Below, one piece after another: positions 54,001 to 62,986 of a stretch of DNA of 64,000 bases (the stretch's first letter is position 1; the number at the start of each line of letters is the position of its first letter). The notes under the pieces were generated by a model. That model was not told the origin of the DNA and searched no databases. It saw only the letters and a list, made by a program, of their open reading frames with translations. The stretch is taken from the NCBI GenBank assembly GCA_038203435.1, contig JBBRDZ010000001.1, forward strand, positions 30,366 through 94,365. Reading direction: 5' to 3'. A program made the position numbers and the translations under genes. Source of the stretch: Burkholderiales bacterium (lineage in GTDB: Bacteria; Pseudomonadota; Gammaproteobacteria; Burkholderiales; Gallionellaceae).

Positions 54001-55969
54001 AGGACGTCAGCGTGGACGATCCGGTGATACCGGATTGGGTGACGGTGATCACATTGCCGGATACCGACGAGCTATAGCCGTTGCCTATCTTGGCCTCAAT
54101 ATTAGTGGCAAGCTGGTTGTTGCTGGAGTTGCTGGAACTCGAGGTTTTGCCGGTAAGGATTTCATTGCCGGCTATCTTGATGCTGTCAATCCTTGTGGAC
54201 GAACTCACGCCAGTGACTGTGATGGTAAAGCTGGCTACAGTGGACGTAGTGATGCTGGCCGTGGTCTTGCATTGGTTGACGACGGCATATGAGCCGCTCA
54301 GACCGCTGACCGCCGCACATTGCACGTTGCTGGCGGTGGTGCACGAACCCGAGGTGACCACCGACCAGTTGCTGTTGGCAACCCCGGTTGAAGGCGCGGA
54401 ACCGCAGGCCGCGGTGGTGTTGTTGCATCGCATCAGCACCTTGCTGAGTGTGCCGAACAGGTTGCTGGATTGCTGACTTGTTTGCGACTTGGACTCGCCG
54501 ACCGTCGAGGTCGTTTTGGTGCGATTGCTGCCGTCATACATCGGACGATCGGCGCTGCCGTCCTGATTGCCGACTGCGGTGCTGCCGTTCATCTGGAATC
54601 CGCTATTGCCGTTCCAGAAACCGTCGGTGGACAAGATGGTGAAGTTCTGCTGGCAGGAATACTGCATCGAGTCCGTGCCGGATAGTTTACCCGCGTAATA
54701 TCTGCCCATGTTGGCTAGAGCCTCGCGCAACGGTGTGCTGCCGCTCGTTACGGTGCCATAAAGGGCGCTATACCAATTGGTGCGCTGGCTACCACTGAAC
54801 GTATCCAGATACAAGGTCGGCGTGGAAGACGCACTGATCTTGGCAAAGCCGACGCGGTAATGGGCGTCGAGTGCCTTGAAAGCCCGGCCCGCTGCGGTCT
54901 TCATCATCAACAAGCGGGTGCGGTAAAAACTGTACCAGTTGGCGAAATTGGTCAAGCCTGCGGAGCTGGTGATCGGGAACACATCGGGCGTGAGTGTGAT
55001 GCTGCCCATGCCGCCCGTCGTGCTGATGGCCGGCGTAAAATCGGCCGCCGAGGCGGGGCCGGTGACCGTGACGACACTGCTCGAAGTTGTGGCGCTGAAT
55101 CCGCTGGTGGCCGTCTTTGCGTTGATCTGTGTGGCGATGTTGGTTGCCATGGTGCTACTGCTGATACCGCTGGCCGTCGCGGAAGCGGCGTTCATGATCT
55201 GGACGCCGTTCACCGTGATGCCGCTTACCGAGGCATATGGGCTGGAACCTCCGCCGCTACCGCTGATCGTGATCGTGGTGGTTTCGGTAGTGGCATACCT
55301 GTGCTTGGTAAATACGCCGCTGCCAACAGTGCTGGGGGTTCCGCCGGTGAGGGCCTTGACGCCGTTGACGGGCGCGATCGCGCTGACAGAGCTGCCGGTG
55401 GAATCATGGCACTCCTTGTAAAAGGCGTTACTGTTGCTGTTGTACTCCTTCTGCGTCTGGGTGAGCTGGGCGCCGGAATAACTGTAGTAATAGGCGGATT
55501 GGGCCAGCGTATCGTTATTAATATCCGCCGCCTTGTAGCCGGTATTCAGGTTGATACAGGTACTCGACGAACAGGTCGAGGTCGAGTACCCGTTGGTGCG
55601 CGCATTGATGAAACTGGCATCGGTGTACGCCGTACCCGTGTCATTCACCGGCGCAAGGTAGGTGGTGTTGGGGTCGTAATAGACCATGTTACATTGATTG
55701 GTGCGCTCCCCGTAGTAGCCGTAGGAGAACGGCACACTGCTGCCGCCATCCGACGCATCGTCCGGCATGTGCAGCCAAGCCATGCTGCCCGAGTTGTCCA
55801 GCATCAGCATCACGTTGGGCAGCACTGTGGACGTAGTCGAGGTCGCCAGCGGCGCGGTCGCCAGCGTGAGCGAAGCCGCCTGGGAAGCCAGGGGAAGCGC
55901 GAGACTTGCACTGAACAGCAGTGCTGACAAATTGCGAAGAACGGCAAGGGTGCGCTGATAGTTTTTCAT
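51017..55969 (-). CDS. pilY1: Type IV pilus tip adhesin PilY1/PilC (vWA, inserts, beta-propeller)
   Basis: Signal peptide, DNSGSM MIDAS, TPLREAL, GTNDGMLHAF, YGGDLLGNLWRFD, GWYIDF; last gene of the minor-pilin operon. Confidence 0.93.
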   Translation of the reverse strand: MKNYQRTLAVLRNLSALLFSASLALPLASQAASLTLATAPLATSTTSTVLPNVMLMLDNSGSMAWLHMPDDASDGGSSVPFSYGYYGERTNQCNMVYYDPNTTYLAPVNDTGTAYTDASFINARTNGYSTSTCSSSTCINLNTGYKAADINNDTLAQSAYYYSYSGAQLTQTQKEYNSNSNAFYKECHDSTGSSVSAIAPVNGVKALTGGTPSTVGSGVFTKHRYATTETTTITISGSGGGSSPYASVSGITVNGVQIMNAASATASGISSSTMATNIATQINAKTATSGFSATTSSSVVTVTGPASAADFTPAISTTGGMGSITLTPDVFPITSSAGLTNFANWYSFYRTRLLMMKTAAGRAFKALDAHYRVGFAKISASSTPTLYLDTFSGSQRTNWYSALYGTVTSGSTPLREALANMGRYYAGKLSGTDSMQYSCQQNFTILSTDGFWNGNSGFQMNGSTAVGNQDGSADRPMYDGSNRTKTTSTVGESKSQTSQQSSNLFGTLSKVLMRCNNTTAACGSAPSTGVANSNWSVVTSGSCTTASNVQCAAVSGLSGSYAVVNQCKTTASITTSTVASFTITVTGVSSSTRIDSIKIAGNEILTGKTSSSSNSSNNQLATNIEAKIGNGYSSSVSGNVITVTQSGITGSSTLTSYHVSNGGPATLTGAATVTSTTYTLSNADSNGRIYSACAYSAWTTATFTASCTTANQSATPNNTTVVAATQCNLIPLQSPTLVASCTASNSGAPNYIQTTCTPSTTVQNNLTSCTPAAPTASNGYQTVTCSTGTGGTSDNLADVAMYYYQTDLRTTALGNCTGAAGVDVCLNNVFKTDMDNQTQQHMSTFTLGLGASGYMQYSPSYLTDSVGDYYSVWKGLTASSTATPPICSWKADGSTCNWPDPGSGGDLSTIDDLWHAAVDGHGQYFSATSPTSLSAGLSNALASIASRKGASAAAATSTLNPVAGNNYAYVASYTTVKWQGNLEARTIDVNTGVISPSASWCVQSIAQGDCAAPATINADTSGSSTVYSCVTAGSTAGTCISPDVFDSATSTCSVPMATGCAGTMLSMIGANSDTRTIYTANVAGTALISFGSGTDATANAAYAAANLTNFNAAHISGLSQWPLLTTTQQTAAQGANLVSFLRGQTGFEDRAVNLVGSVDNRLYRYREATLGDALESQPVYSGKPVFSYIDKGYSGFVSAQSSRLGTVFMGTNDGMLHAFSALAEGSVAGGTERWAYVPSMVIPNMWKLADKGYANLHTNFINGSPIISDVCTAHCLDSDPTAAVWRTILVGGLNGGGRGYYALDVTSPNSPTLLWEFTPATDSDVGYSYGNPVITAKADGTWVVLVTSGYNNTSPGTGLEYLYVLNAATGAVISKIGTGAGSTTTPGGLSKISAWSDTSASNRATYVYGGDLLGNLWRFDINAVSTPFLLANLQDPSGTPQPVTTSPVLGKIQGMRVVFVGTGQYLQTADLSNTQVQSEYAIKDNNATVTLTNPAGSPRNSLTLVQQSMTDLGNGTRSGSSNTVDWTNGRGWYIDFPITGERSNIESKLVQGTLLVATIVPSNTVCSPGGSGWLNFFDYLTGGSVDSSGIVSASYTNSIVGINVLYINGAPVIETVTSNDPTPTVNTDVLIKGTPSGFIGKRVLWRQLNP

Positions 55970-55978
55970 GGTTGTCTC

Positions 55979-56644
55979 CTAATAGACAAAGGCCTGGACA
56001 TAACTGACCGAATTGGCCGGCCCGGCTGTTCTGCTGGTGATACGGTATTCCGGCGACTGTCCGGCGACTGGGCAGCCGTTCACGGCGGGAGGTGCCGGTG
56101 GTGCACATACACTGGTAGGGAGGGGGACTTCCTGTCCGCTATTGTCGAGTGCGGGGGCGCTGAACAGGCAGTTCTGCCTGTTGAGTACTTGATTGGAGTT
56201 GCGGCACATGCGCTGGATGATATAGCGGACCTGGTTGCCGCTGGCGTCGGTGCCGACCAGCTTGCTGCTGCTATTGACCCAATTGGCGGAGTTGGTGAGG
56301 TTCAGTGCGGGATTGGCATTGGAGTAATATCCGTTGGCCGCATCGTCGACGTTAAAAGTATTCGAGGTGTTCAATAAAACGTTGTTGTTGGCTGCCTTCA
56401 TTGCCACCTGAATATTATTCAGTACCGTGACAGCTGCCTCCACCCCGCTATCGCCTGAAGCGGTGGCAGATTGTTTGAATGCCAGATTTCCCGCGATCAT
56501 CGTGCTGGTGTCCACCGAACGTATCAGGGCGACTGCGGCAAGCGACATCACCACCAGCGCGATCAGCGCAAAGAACAACACCACGCCGCGCTGCTTGAAC
56601 GCTAGCCGGTGGGGTTGCACGATCCTGTTTGGCAGCGATCTCAT
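55979..56644 (-). CDS. pilX: Minor pilin PilX
   Basis: QRG/VVLFFALIAL prepilin without Glu5, IAGNLAFK, YIIQRMC. Confidence 0.9.
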   Translation of the reverse strand: MRSLPNRIVQPHRLAFKQRGVVLFFALIALVVMSLAAVALIRSVDTSTMIAGNLAFKQSATASGDSGVEAAVTVLNNIQVAMKAANNNVLLNTSNTFNVDDAANGYYSNANPALNLTNSANWVNSSSKLVGTDASGNQVRYIIQRMCRNSNQVLNRQNCLFSAPALDNSGQEVPLPTSVCAPPAPPAVNGCPVAGQSPEYRITSRTAGPANSVSYVQAFVY

Positions 56645-57744
56645 AAGGTGTCCTTGGCCCAGATCATGTTGCGCAACGGGATGATGGTTTCAAACACGCG
56701 GTAGCGGTAAAATTGCCAATTCGGATCGTTGCTCAAGTCGATCGCCGGCGCAGGGGATGCCGTGGTCGGCGCGGCAGAGGTGGCATCCCATGCACACAGC
56801 CCGGCAGGATTGATGGCGGTGAGCGAACTGCAGGTATTGGTAACGATGGCCTTTTCCAGCAAGCCGTTGCGCGTGACCACCGCGATACGGACCGCCTTGA
56901 TACGGTTGCGGTTGGTGATATTGGCTGGCTGCAGCAGAGTAGCCTGGTCCCAGGGGGCCGTGGCATTTACCCACTGGACGACCTGATTCGTGTTGGCAGT
57001 GGCCGAGATCCCGTACTGTGCCTGTATGTTGACGACATCGGACACGCTGGGCGTGCCATTGCGCTCGAGATAAGCTTGGGAATTGGTGGCAACGGACGTC
57101 GGGTTATAGTTGGGGTTCACCCGGAATTGCGTCACGTTCCAGGCGCCCAGACAGGACAGATTGGTGGAATTGGCGACTGCGCCTGCAATGCTCAGCAGGG
57201 TCACCGTGATGTTGTCGGGGGTCGTGGTGGGAACCACGCTGGAAAAGTTGCACGTCGTTCCGTTGACGATCAGGCTGATGTCGCCGACCTGGCACCCCAT
57301 GTTGCTATACAGGGTGACGTCGTTAGCCGACAGCAACCCGACACCTTTAATCATGGAATTGCCTCCCCCGTAGGCTGAGCCGGCATAGCGTATCGTGATG
57401 GTGTCGCTGGCTCCCGCTGCATTTCCGCCATCGGTGATGGTGACCGGCGAGATGTCGGTAATGCCGGTGGCGCCGACATTCAGGGCGGTGCATTTGAGCG
57501 GAGTCGTATCGGTTGGGTTGAGGCCGAACCCCGCCATCTGCAGCTCGTTGCTGATCGAAAACAGTGCGATGCTGCCGTTGGTTTGCGCGTCAGCAGAACC
57601 GGTGGTGGTGCGTTTTTGTCCTTCAAAGACGGTGAACACCTGCAGGATGACCAGGGTCGCGAGCAATCCGATCACCAGTCCGACCAATATTTCGATCAGG
57701 CTGAAACCCGATTGACGACAAGATTCGCGTTGGCTGGATATCAT
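56641..57744 (-). CDS. pilW: Minor pilin PilW
   Basis: G/FSLIEILVG, QAQYG, YRYRVFETIIPLRN. Confidence 0.92.
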   Translation of the reverse strand: MISSQRESCRQSGFSLIEILVGLVIGLLATLVILQVFTVFEGQKRTTTGSADAQTNGSIALFSISNELQMAGFGLNPTDTTPLKCTALNVGATGITDISPVTITDGGNAAGASDTITIRYAGSAYGGGNSMIKGVGLLSANDVTLYSNMGCQVGDISLIVNGTTCNFSSVVPTTTPDNITVTLLSIAGAVANSTNLSCLGAWNVTQFRVNPNYNPTSVATNSQAYLERNGTPSVSDVVNIQAQYGISATANTNQVVQWVNATAPWDQATLLQPANITNRNRIKAVRIAVVTRNGLLEKAIVTNTCSSLTAINPAGLCAWDATSAAPTTASPAPAIDLSNDPNWQFYRYRVFETIIPLRNMIWAKDTL

Positions 57745-57748
57745 GGTG

Positions 57749-58150
57749 CTAGCCCCCCGCGATGGTGGCGATGGTGGTGAAATTATGCTGCGGCTGGCCG
57801 GGTTGCTGCCAGGTGACGCTGACCGAAAATTGTCCCGGCACAGGCTCGGTGACCGTTCTCGTGCCACCCGGCAAGCGGGCAGAAATATCGGTATTGTTCT
57901 CGACATAGGCCGACGCATTGCTCGGGTTAGACCACATTATTCCTATCCTTTGCTGCGCGATGAAACTGGCCTGGGAACGGTACTTTGAATCGGAAGTATT
58001 CTTGACCATGGCCGCCTGCAGGCCGACCAGTGCCAATACCCCCATCGAAAAGAGCAGCACCGCGACCAGCGCTTCCAGCAACACGACACCGTGTTGCGCG
58101 GGTTTTCCTTTGCGCATGATTCTATTCCGGGAGATTTTTTGCATGGCCAT
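57749..58150 (-). CDS. pilV: Minor pilin PilV
   Basis: G/VVLLEALVAVLLFSMGVLALVGLQ. Confidence 0.9.
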   Translation of the reverse strand: MAMQKISRNRIMRKGKPAQHGVVLLEALVAVLLFSMGVLALVGLQAAMVKNTSDSKYRSQASFIAQQRIGIMWSNPSNASAYVENNTDISARLPGGTRTVTEPVPGQFSVSVTWQQPGQPQHNFTTIATIAGG

Positions 58151-58162
58151 GATGGATCCTGC

Positions 58163-58702
58163 TTAAAAACACCTGCGTGGATCGGTGGTGGAAGTGCCCA
58201 AGTTCGGGTCGCACACCCTGGGATTACCGCCCAGCCCGATGGCGACCCTTAACGTCCTCAGGTCTGGCGATGTCACAGAAGAACTGAGATTGACCTGGGT
58301 CAAGGCCGCGGAAGCGTCTGCATTGGCGACCACCGTTCCGAGACTGCCGAAAGTGAGGGTCGTCGCATTCGCCGCCACCGTGACGTTTTTCGAGCCTTCG
58401 CTGCTGGAGCGCGATTCAAGCACACTCCCTGCGGCGGCGCTGCCGCACGCATTCACATGGGTGACGGTCCATGAGGAGCCGGTACCCAGGGCAAAGGCCA
58501 CGTTCGCATTACATTTCACGGCTTCCGCGCGTGCCCGTTGTACCCCGTTCTGGATGGACTCGGCGGCATTGCGGATCTGGTTGTTCTGCACCCAGGTTCT
58601 GTAGCTGGATACGCCATAGGTCAGTGTGATCGAGAAAATGGCGATGGTGATCATCATCTCGATCATCGTGAAGCCGGCGGATTTTGGCATCGTGATTAAC
58701 AC
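58163..58702 (-). CDS. fimT: FimT/FimU (GspH-like) minor pilin (GTG start overlapping the pilE stop, or ATG 58690)
   Basis: [18 protein letters not shown]. Confidence 0.88.
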   Translation of the reverse strand: MLITMPKSAGFTMIEMMITIAIFSITLTYGVSSYRTWVQNNQIRNAAESIQNGVQRARAEAVKCNANVAFALGTGSSWTVTHVNACGSAAAGSVLESRSSSEGSKNVTVAANATTLTFGSLGTVVANADASAALTQVNLSSSVTSPDLRTLRVAIGLGGNPRVCDPNLGTSTTDPRRCF

Positions 58703-59112
58703 GTATCGCCTTTCTTCATCAGCCAGCAAGTCGCGGTCGAAGCTGTGCCGGCAAACTTGGTTGTCGCCTTGCCGTTGCTCTCGTTTATCGTGTAGGTGTA
58801 ATCGCCCGCAGCGGTGCCAAGACCCCGACCAACCATACTGGCGGCCGTCAATGTGTACGTGGAGGCGGCATCCGCGCAGCTGAGTGTGAAGTACTTGGTT
58901 GAGAGCGGGCAAGGGCCGCCGGCATAAGTGCGGTTATCCTGGAAAAATTGCTCGTACTTGATGCGTCCGTCAGCAAGCTGTGTCGTGGCATCCACCAGTT
59001 TGCCGCGTACCACGTAATCGCCATAGGCCGGTATTCCGATGCTGGCCAGGACCGCGATCACGGCCACCACGATCATCATTTCTATCAGCGTGAAGCCCTG
59101 TGCGTGTTTCAT
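58696..59112 (-). CDS. pilE: Minor pilin PilE
   Basis: [29 protein letters not shown]. Confidence 0.92.
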   Translation of the reverse strand: MKHAQGFTLIEMMIVVAVIAVLASIGIPAYGDYVVRGKLVDATTQLADGRIKYEQFFQDNRTYAGGPCPLSTKYFTLSCADAASTYTLTAASMVGRGLGTAAGDYTYTINESNGKATTKFAGTASTATCWLMKKGDTC

Positions 59113-59178
59113 TGCATGCTCCCTTGAATTTGAATTGATGCGGATATTAAGTTGTTGTATCTGATATATCTACCGCCA

Positions 59179-59274
59179 CCTGACCGGAGGATTGCCGGCC
59201 CGGACGAACGGCGCGAGGGCTGCGACCGGAGGCGGTCAGCGCGCAATCGGTCAGGCACAGACCAGGCTAGCCGG
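59179..59274 (-). promoter_or_regulatory. Putative AlgR/LytTR-type binding boxes upstream of the minor-pilin operon
   Basis: CCGTTCGTC (minus strand, 59203-59211) plus degenerate GACCGG copies; GACCGGAGG is repeated 42 bp apart. Confidence 0.5.
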
Positions 59275-59312
59275 TGCGTGACGCAACGATCATGAAGCGT
59301 ACCTGCCAAACG

Positions 59313-59338
59313 ACCAGACCCCGCAGCCGGGGTCTGGT
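59313..59338 (-). terminator. GC hairpin downstream of the beta-propeller gene
   Basis: ACCAGACCCC-GCAGCC-GGGGTCTGGT, weak U tract. Confidence 0.5.
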
Positions 59339-59361
59339 GTCATGCCTGGAACGATGCCGGA

Positions 59362-61179
59362 CTACTTGGCAGTGATGACCGCACGCGGGTCGGTGCCAGT
59401 GGAGACAGGGATGCCGACCGGAGTGAGTGCGCCGTCTCCGCCGGTGTTTGCGTTTGTGACGTCGTAGTTGATATGGTAAGTCGTTACGGTCATGGCAACG
59501 GAATTCACGACATAAGCATACTGGCCGGTGCTGTCGATGCTGATTGAATTCGGCGCACTGCCATATCCTGTTGGCACCGTTTGTGAAGGAGAGATGCTCA
59601 GGGTTCCCGATGAGTCACCGTATACCCCAATGCTATCGCCGGCAGTATTCACCACATAGGCAAACAAGCCCGAGGGATGGATGGTGAAAGAGGTCGGCCC
59701 GAGTCCGGTGCTAACCGGCGTATCGGCAGTCAACAACCCATTCGAGATGAAGTAGGCCGAGATCGTATTATCGCCGCCATTCGTCACATACAGGTGGGCA
59801 CCGTCCGCGCTGATCCGGATGGATGAAGGCGCTGCCCCCGTGTCGATATAGTCGTTGCCGGTTCTGACAGGAGTGCTGGTCAGAATGCCGTATTGATCGA
59901 TCGTGTAAGCCGTGATACAGCCGTTGGCCGAACGGGCAATCCCGTGGCCGCAAATATCGTCCGCACTGCCTGAACCGACGTTCGCGACATAGGCGTAAGC
60001 CCCGCTTGGGTCGATGGCCATCACTACCGGTGTCAGCGCCGTCGGAATGTCATTGCCAAGGCCGCTACTATTCAGGTCTATTCTGGCGAGCGCGCCGCTG
60101 GCGGCATCGATGGTGTAGCCCGAGATGCTGTTGCCGATCTTGTTCACCGTATAGGCGAACTTGCCCGAGGGGTGCAGCTTGATCGAGACCGGGTTCGACC
60201 CGGTCACGATGCTGTTTTGCATGCCGATAATGCTGCTGTTGGCATCTATTTCGATGAGCGAACCGTCTGGCTGAATGTTGAAGACATTGATTGTGCCGAA
60301 GCTCGAACCAATACTCTGGTTGGTCACATACGCATACTGGCCTGCTGAATCGACAGCGATCGAGGAAGTGCCAACCTCTGCGGCTGTTGGCGGAGTGGTT
60401 ATTGTTGTAAGCTCACCTATCGTGCCACTTTGGGCGATAGTATAGGATGAAACCGATCCGGTATTGTTGTTGTTGTTATTCACCACATAGGCGAACCGGT
60501 CGGGTGCCGGAGCGGTGACTGGCAGCGCGTCGGTTATACAGCTGATCGTAACGGTGGTTACATTGATCAGTCCGACGTTGCCGGTGGCAGCCGAAGGAGC
60601 ACATGTTTGCGCAGGGCTGGTGGGTTGGGTGAGTACCGTGACCGCATATCCGTCATTTTGAGCTAACGGCGTGCTGAATGAATAAGGTCCGGTATCACCG
60701 GCGGGAATCAGCAGGTTGTCGCCGCCATTGTTTTGCAGCACCAGCCCGGTGCCGGTCAGGCCGCTGATGCTGTTGAGACCGCCGCCTATCGTATAGGCGT
60801 TCACGCAAGTCACGTTCGCAGTGGTTACATTATAGGCAGGCATTACACCGGATGCGGCAGCGGGGGAGACCGTACATTTTTGAAACGGTCCACTGGGGTT
60901 TTGCAGCACGGTGATATTAAAGTTGTTACCGGAAATCACTGAGGTAGCAAAGGTATAGTTTGTGTCCGTATTGAGAATAGTCTTGTTATCACTACCATTA
61001 TTTTGTAACACAAGGCCAACGCCGCTGACCGCAACTGTGCCGCCAACTGTATAGGCAGACGCAAACGGCACTGACGGCACCTCGCCACCGCCGCCCCCGC
61101 CGCATGCGGCAAGTGTGAGCAGTAATATCGGGGTGGAATACAACAGGCCATGCAGGATTTTGGTTGGGCTGAGACGCAT
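59362..61179 (-). CDS. Surface lipoprotein with two GLVLQNNG beta-sandwich repeats and a lactonase-like beta-propeller
   Basis: Lipobox LAAC-G6; repeated P-x-S/x-I-x-x-(D/H)-x-S/T-G-x-(F/Y)-AYV-x-N blades. Confidence 0.85.
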   Translation of the reverse strand: MRLSPTKILHGLLYSTPILLLTLAACGGGGGGEVPSVPFASAYTVGGTVAVSGVGLVLQNNGSDNKTILNTDTNYTFATSVISGNNFNITVLQNPSGPFQKCTVSPAAASGVMPAYNVTTANVTCVNAYTIGGGLNSISGLTGTGLVLQNNGGDNLLIPAGDTGPYSFSTPLAQNDGYAVTVLTQPTSPAQTCAPSAATGNVGLINVTTVTISCITDALPVTAPAPDRFAYVVNNNNNNTGSVSSYTIAQSGTIGELTTITTPPTAAEVGTSSIAVDSAGQYAYVTNQSIGSSFGTINVFNIQPDGSLIEIDANSSIIGMQNSIVTGSNPVSIKLHPSGKFAYTVNKIGNSISGYTIDAASGALARIDLNSSGLGNDIPTALTPVVMAIDPSGAYAYVANVGSGSADDICGHGIARSANGCITAYTIDQYGILTSTPVRTGNDYIDTGAAPSSIRISADGAHLYVTNGGDNTISAYFISNGLLTADTPVSTGLGPTSFTIHPSGLFAYVVNTAGDSIGVYGDSSGTLSISPSQTVPTGYGSAPNSISIDSTGQYAYVVNSVAMTVTTYHINYDVTNANTGGDGALTPVGIPVSTGTDPRAVITAK

Positions 61180-61464
61180 TTGGATTTACCTCGTTTTGGC
61201 TAATGATCACGTGTTCAATGGAAGCGCACCAGTCCGGCAGGATCGGATGAACGCAGTTTCAGGCGACCAGCATAACCCAAGCGGCACGATGAATTCAATC
61301 GGTTTGACGGTGCACGGGTTTGACCGGCCGGATCGGGCCGACCGATGGTAAACACGCTGTACGCAGGCAGCTGCGAACCGGGCGCACAAATAGCCGTGGA
61401 GGGCAAAACGAAAAGACGGTAAAATCGCACACTGCCGAATTTATAAATAATGGGGAAGTAAAGC

Positions 61465-62469
61465 ATGAGCAAGAGTCTGGTTCAATTCATCATCGAAGAG
61501 CAGCGCGCCATACCGGGTAAAGCCAGCGGCGATTTCACCGGTCTGATCAGCGATATCATCATCGCCTGCAAACAGATCGCGCATGATGTCAACAAAGGGG
61601 CATTGATCGGCGTGCTGGGTAGCGCGGGCAGCGAGAACGTGCAGGGAGAGACGCAAAAGAAACTGGACATCATCACCAACGAGGTGTTCATCAAATCCAC
61701 CGAGTGGGGCGGGCATCTGGCGGCGATGGCATCCGAGGAGATGGACGATGTCTATCCGATCCCGGCGCAATACCCGAAGGGAAAGTACCTGCTGGTGTTC
61801 GATCCGCTCGACGGCTCATCGAATATCGACGTGAATATTTCCGTCGGTACCATCTTCTCGATACTGCGTGCACCGAAAGGCGTGGAGAATCCGACCGCAG
61901 CGGACTTTTTGCAACCCGGCACCACGCAGGTTTGTGCCGGTTATGCATTGTATGGTCCGGCCACCATGCTGGTGATCACCACCGGCCACGGTGTGAACGG
62001 CTTCACGCTGGACGGCGATATCGGCGAATTCATCCTGTCCCATCCGAACATGACCATTCCTGCCGACACGCTGGAATTCGCCATCAATGCGTCGAACGAG
62101 CGCCACTGGGAAAAACCGGTACAGCGCTATGTCGACGAATGCGTCGCCGGCAAGACCGGGCCGCGCGGGATCAATTTCAATATGCGCTGGGTGGCATCGA
62201 TGGTGGCGGAAGTGCATCGCATCCTGGTGCGCGGTGGCGTGTTCATGTATCCCAAGGACACCAAGGATCCGAGCAAGGCCGGCAAGCTGCGCCTGCTCTA
62301 TGAAGCCAACCCGATGTCGATGATCGTCGAGCAGGCTGGTGGTGTATCTTCTACCGGATACGAGCGCATCATGGAGGTCAAGCCTTCCGGCCTGCACCAG
62401 CGCGTGCCGGTGATCCTCGGCTCCAGGAACGAGGTAGACCGCATCGTCCGTTACCATAGAGAGGGTTGA
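61465..62469 (+). CDS. fbp: Class 1 fructose-1,6-bisphosphatase
   Basis: [22 protein letters not shown]. Confidence 0.98.
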   Translation: MSKSLVQFIIEEQRAIPGKASGDFTGLISDIIIACKQIAHDVNKGALIGVLGSAGSENVQGETQKKLDIITNEVFIKSTEWGGHLAAMASEEMDDVYPIPAQYPKGKYLLVFDPLDGSSNIDVNISVGTIFSILRAPKGVENPTAADFLQPGTTQVCAGYALYGPATMLVITTGHGVNGFTLDGDIGEFILSHPNMTIPADTLEFAINASNERHWEKPVQRYVDECVAGKTGPRGINFNMRWVASMVAEVHRILVRGGVFMYPKDTKDPSKAGKLRLLYEANPMSMIVEQAGGVSSTGYERIMEVKPSGLHQRVPVILGSRNEVDRIVRYHREG

Positions 62470-62473
62470 AAAC

Positions 62474-62965
62474 ATGAGCAAACCACTGGTTGCCATCGTG
62501 ATGGGTAGTGCCAATGACTGGGAGATCATGCAGCAGGCCGCAAAGCAGCTGCAGGATTTCGGCGTCGCTTACGATGCGCGGGTGATCTCCGCGCACCGTT
62601 CCCCCGATCTGCTGCTCGACTACATCAGCGACATGACCGCCCAGGGCGTGCGCTGTTTTATCGCCGGTGCGGGTGCTGCGGCGCATCTTGCCGGCGTGGT
62701 CGCCGGCAAGACCGCGCTGCCGGTGCTGGGTGTGCCGATGCCGTCGAAATACCTGCAGGGTATGGATTCGCTGTTGTCCACCGTGCAGATGCCCAAGGGC
62801 ATACCGGTCGCGACCTTTGCCATCGGTGAGGCCGGCGCCGCCAACGCCGGTTTGTTCGCCGTGGCGATGCTGTCGCTGAACGATACCGCGCTTGCGCAGC
62901 GTCTGCAGGCATTCCGCAAAAAACAGGCGGACGCGGTAAAGGCGACGACGTTGCCGGCCTTGTAA
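62474..62965 (+). CDS. purE: N5-CAIR mutase
   Basis: MGSANDW, SAHRSP, AGAAAHLAG, VQMPKGIPVAT. Confidence 0.97.
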   Translation: MSKPLVAIVMGSANDWEIMQQAAKQLQDFGVAYDARVISAHRSPDLLLDYISDMTAQGVRCFIAGAGAAAHLAGVVAGKTALPVLGVPMPSKYLQGMDSLLSTVQMPKGIPVATFAIGEAGAANAGLFAVAMLSLNDTALAQRLQAFRKKQADAVKATTLPAL

Positions 62966-62986
62966 TCTTGAATTTGGAGGAAGCGC

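Noticed and set aside
61400-61425. GGGCAAAACGAAAAGACG resembling a c-di-GMP-I riboswitch core
   Set aside because: No paired stem around GAAA and no second stem; more likely part of the fbp promoter (TAAAAT follows)
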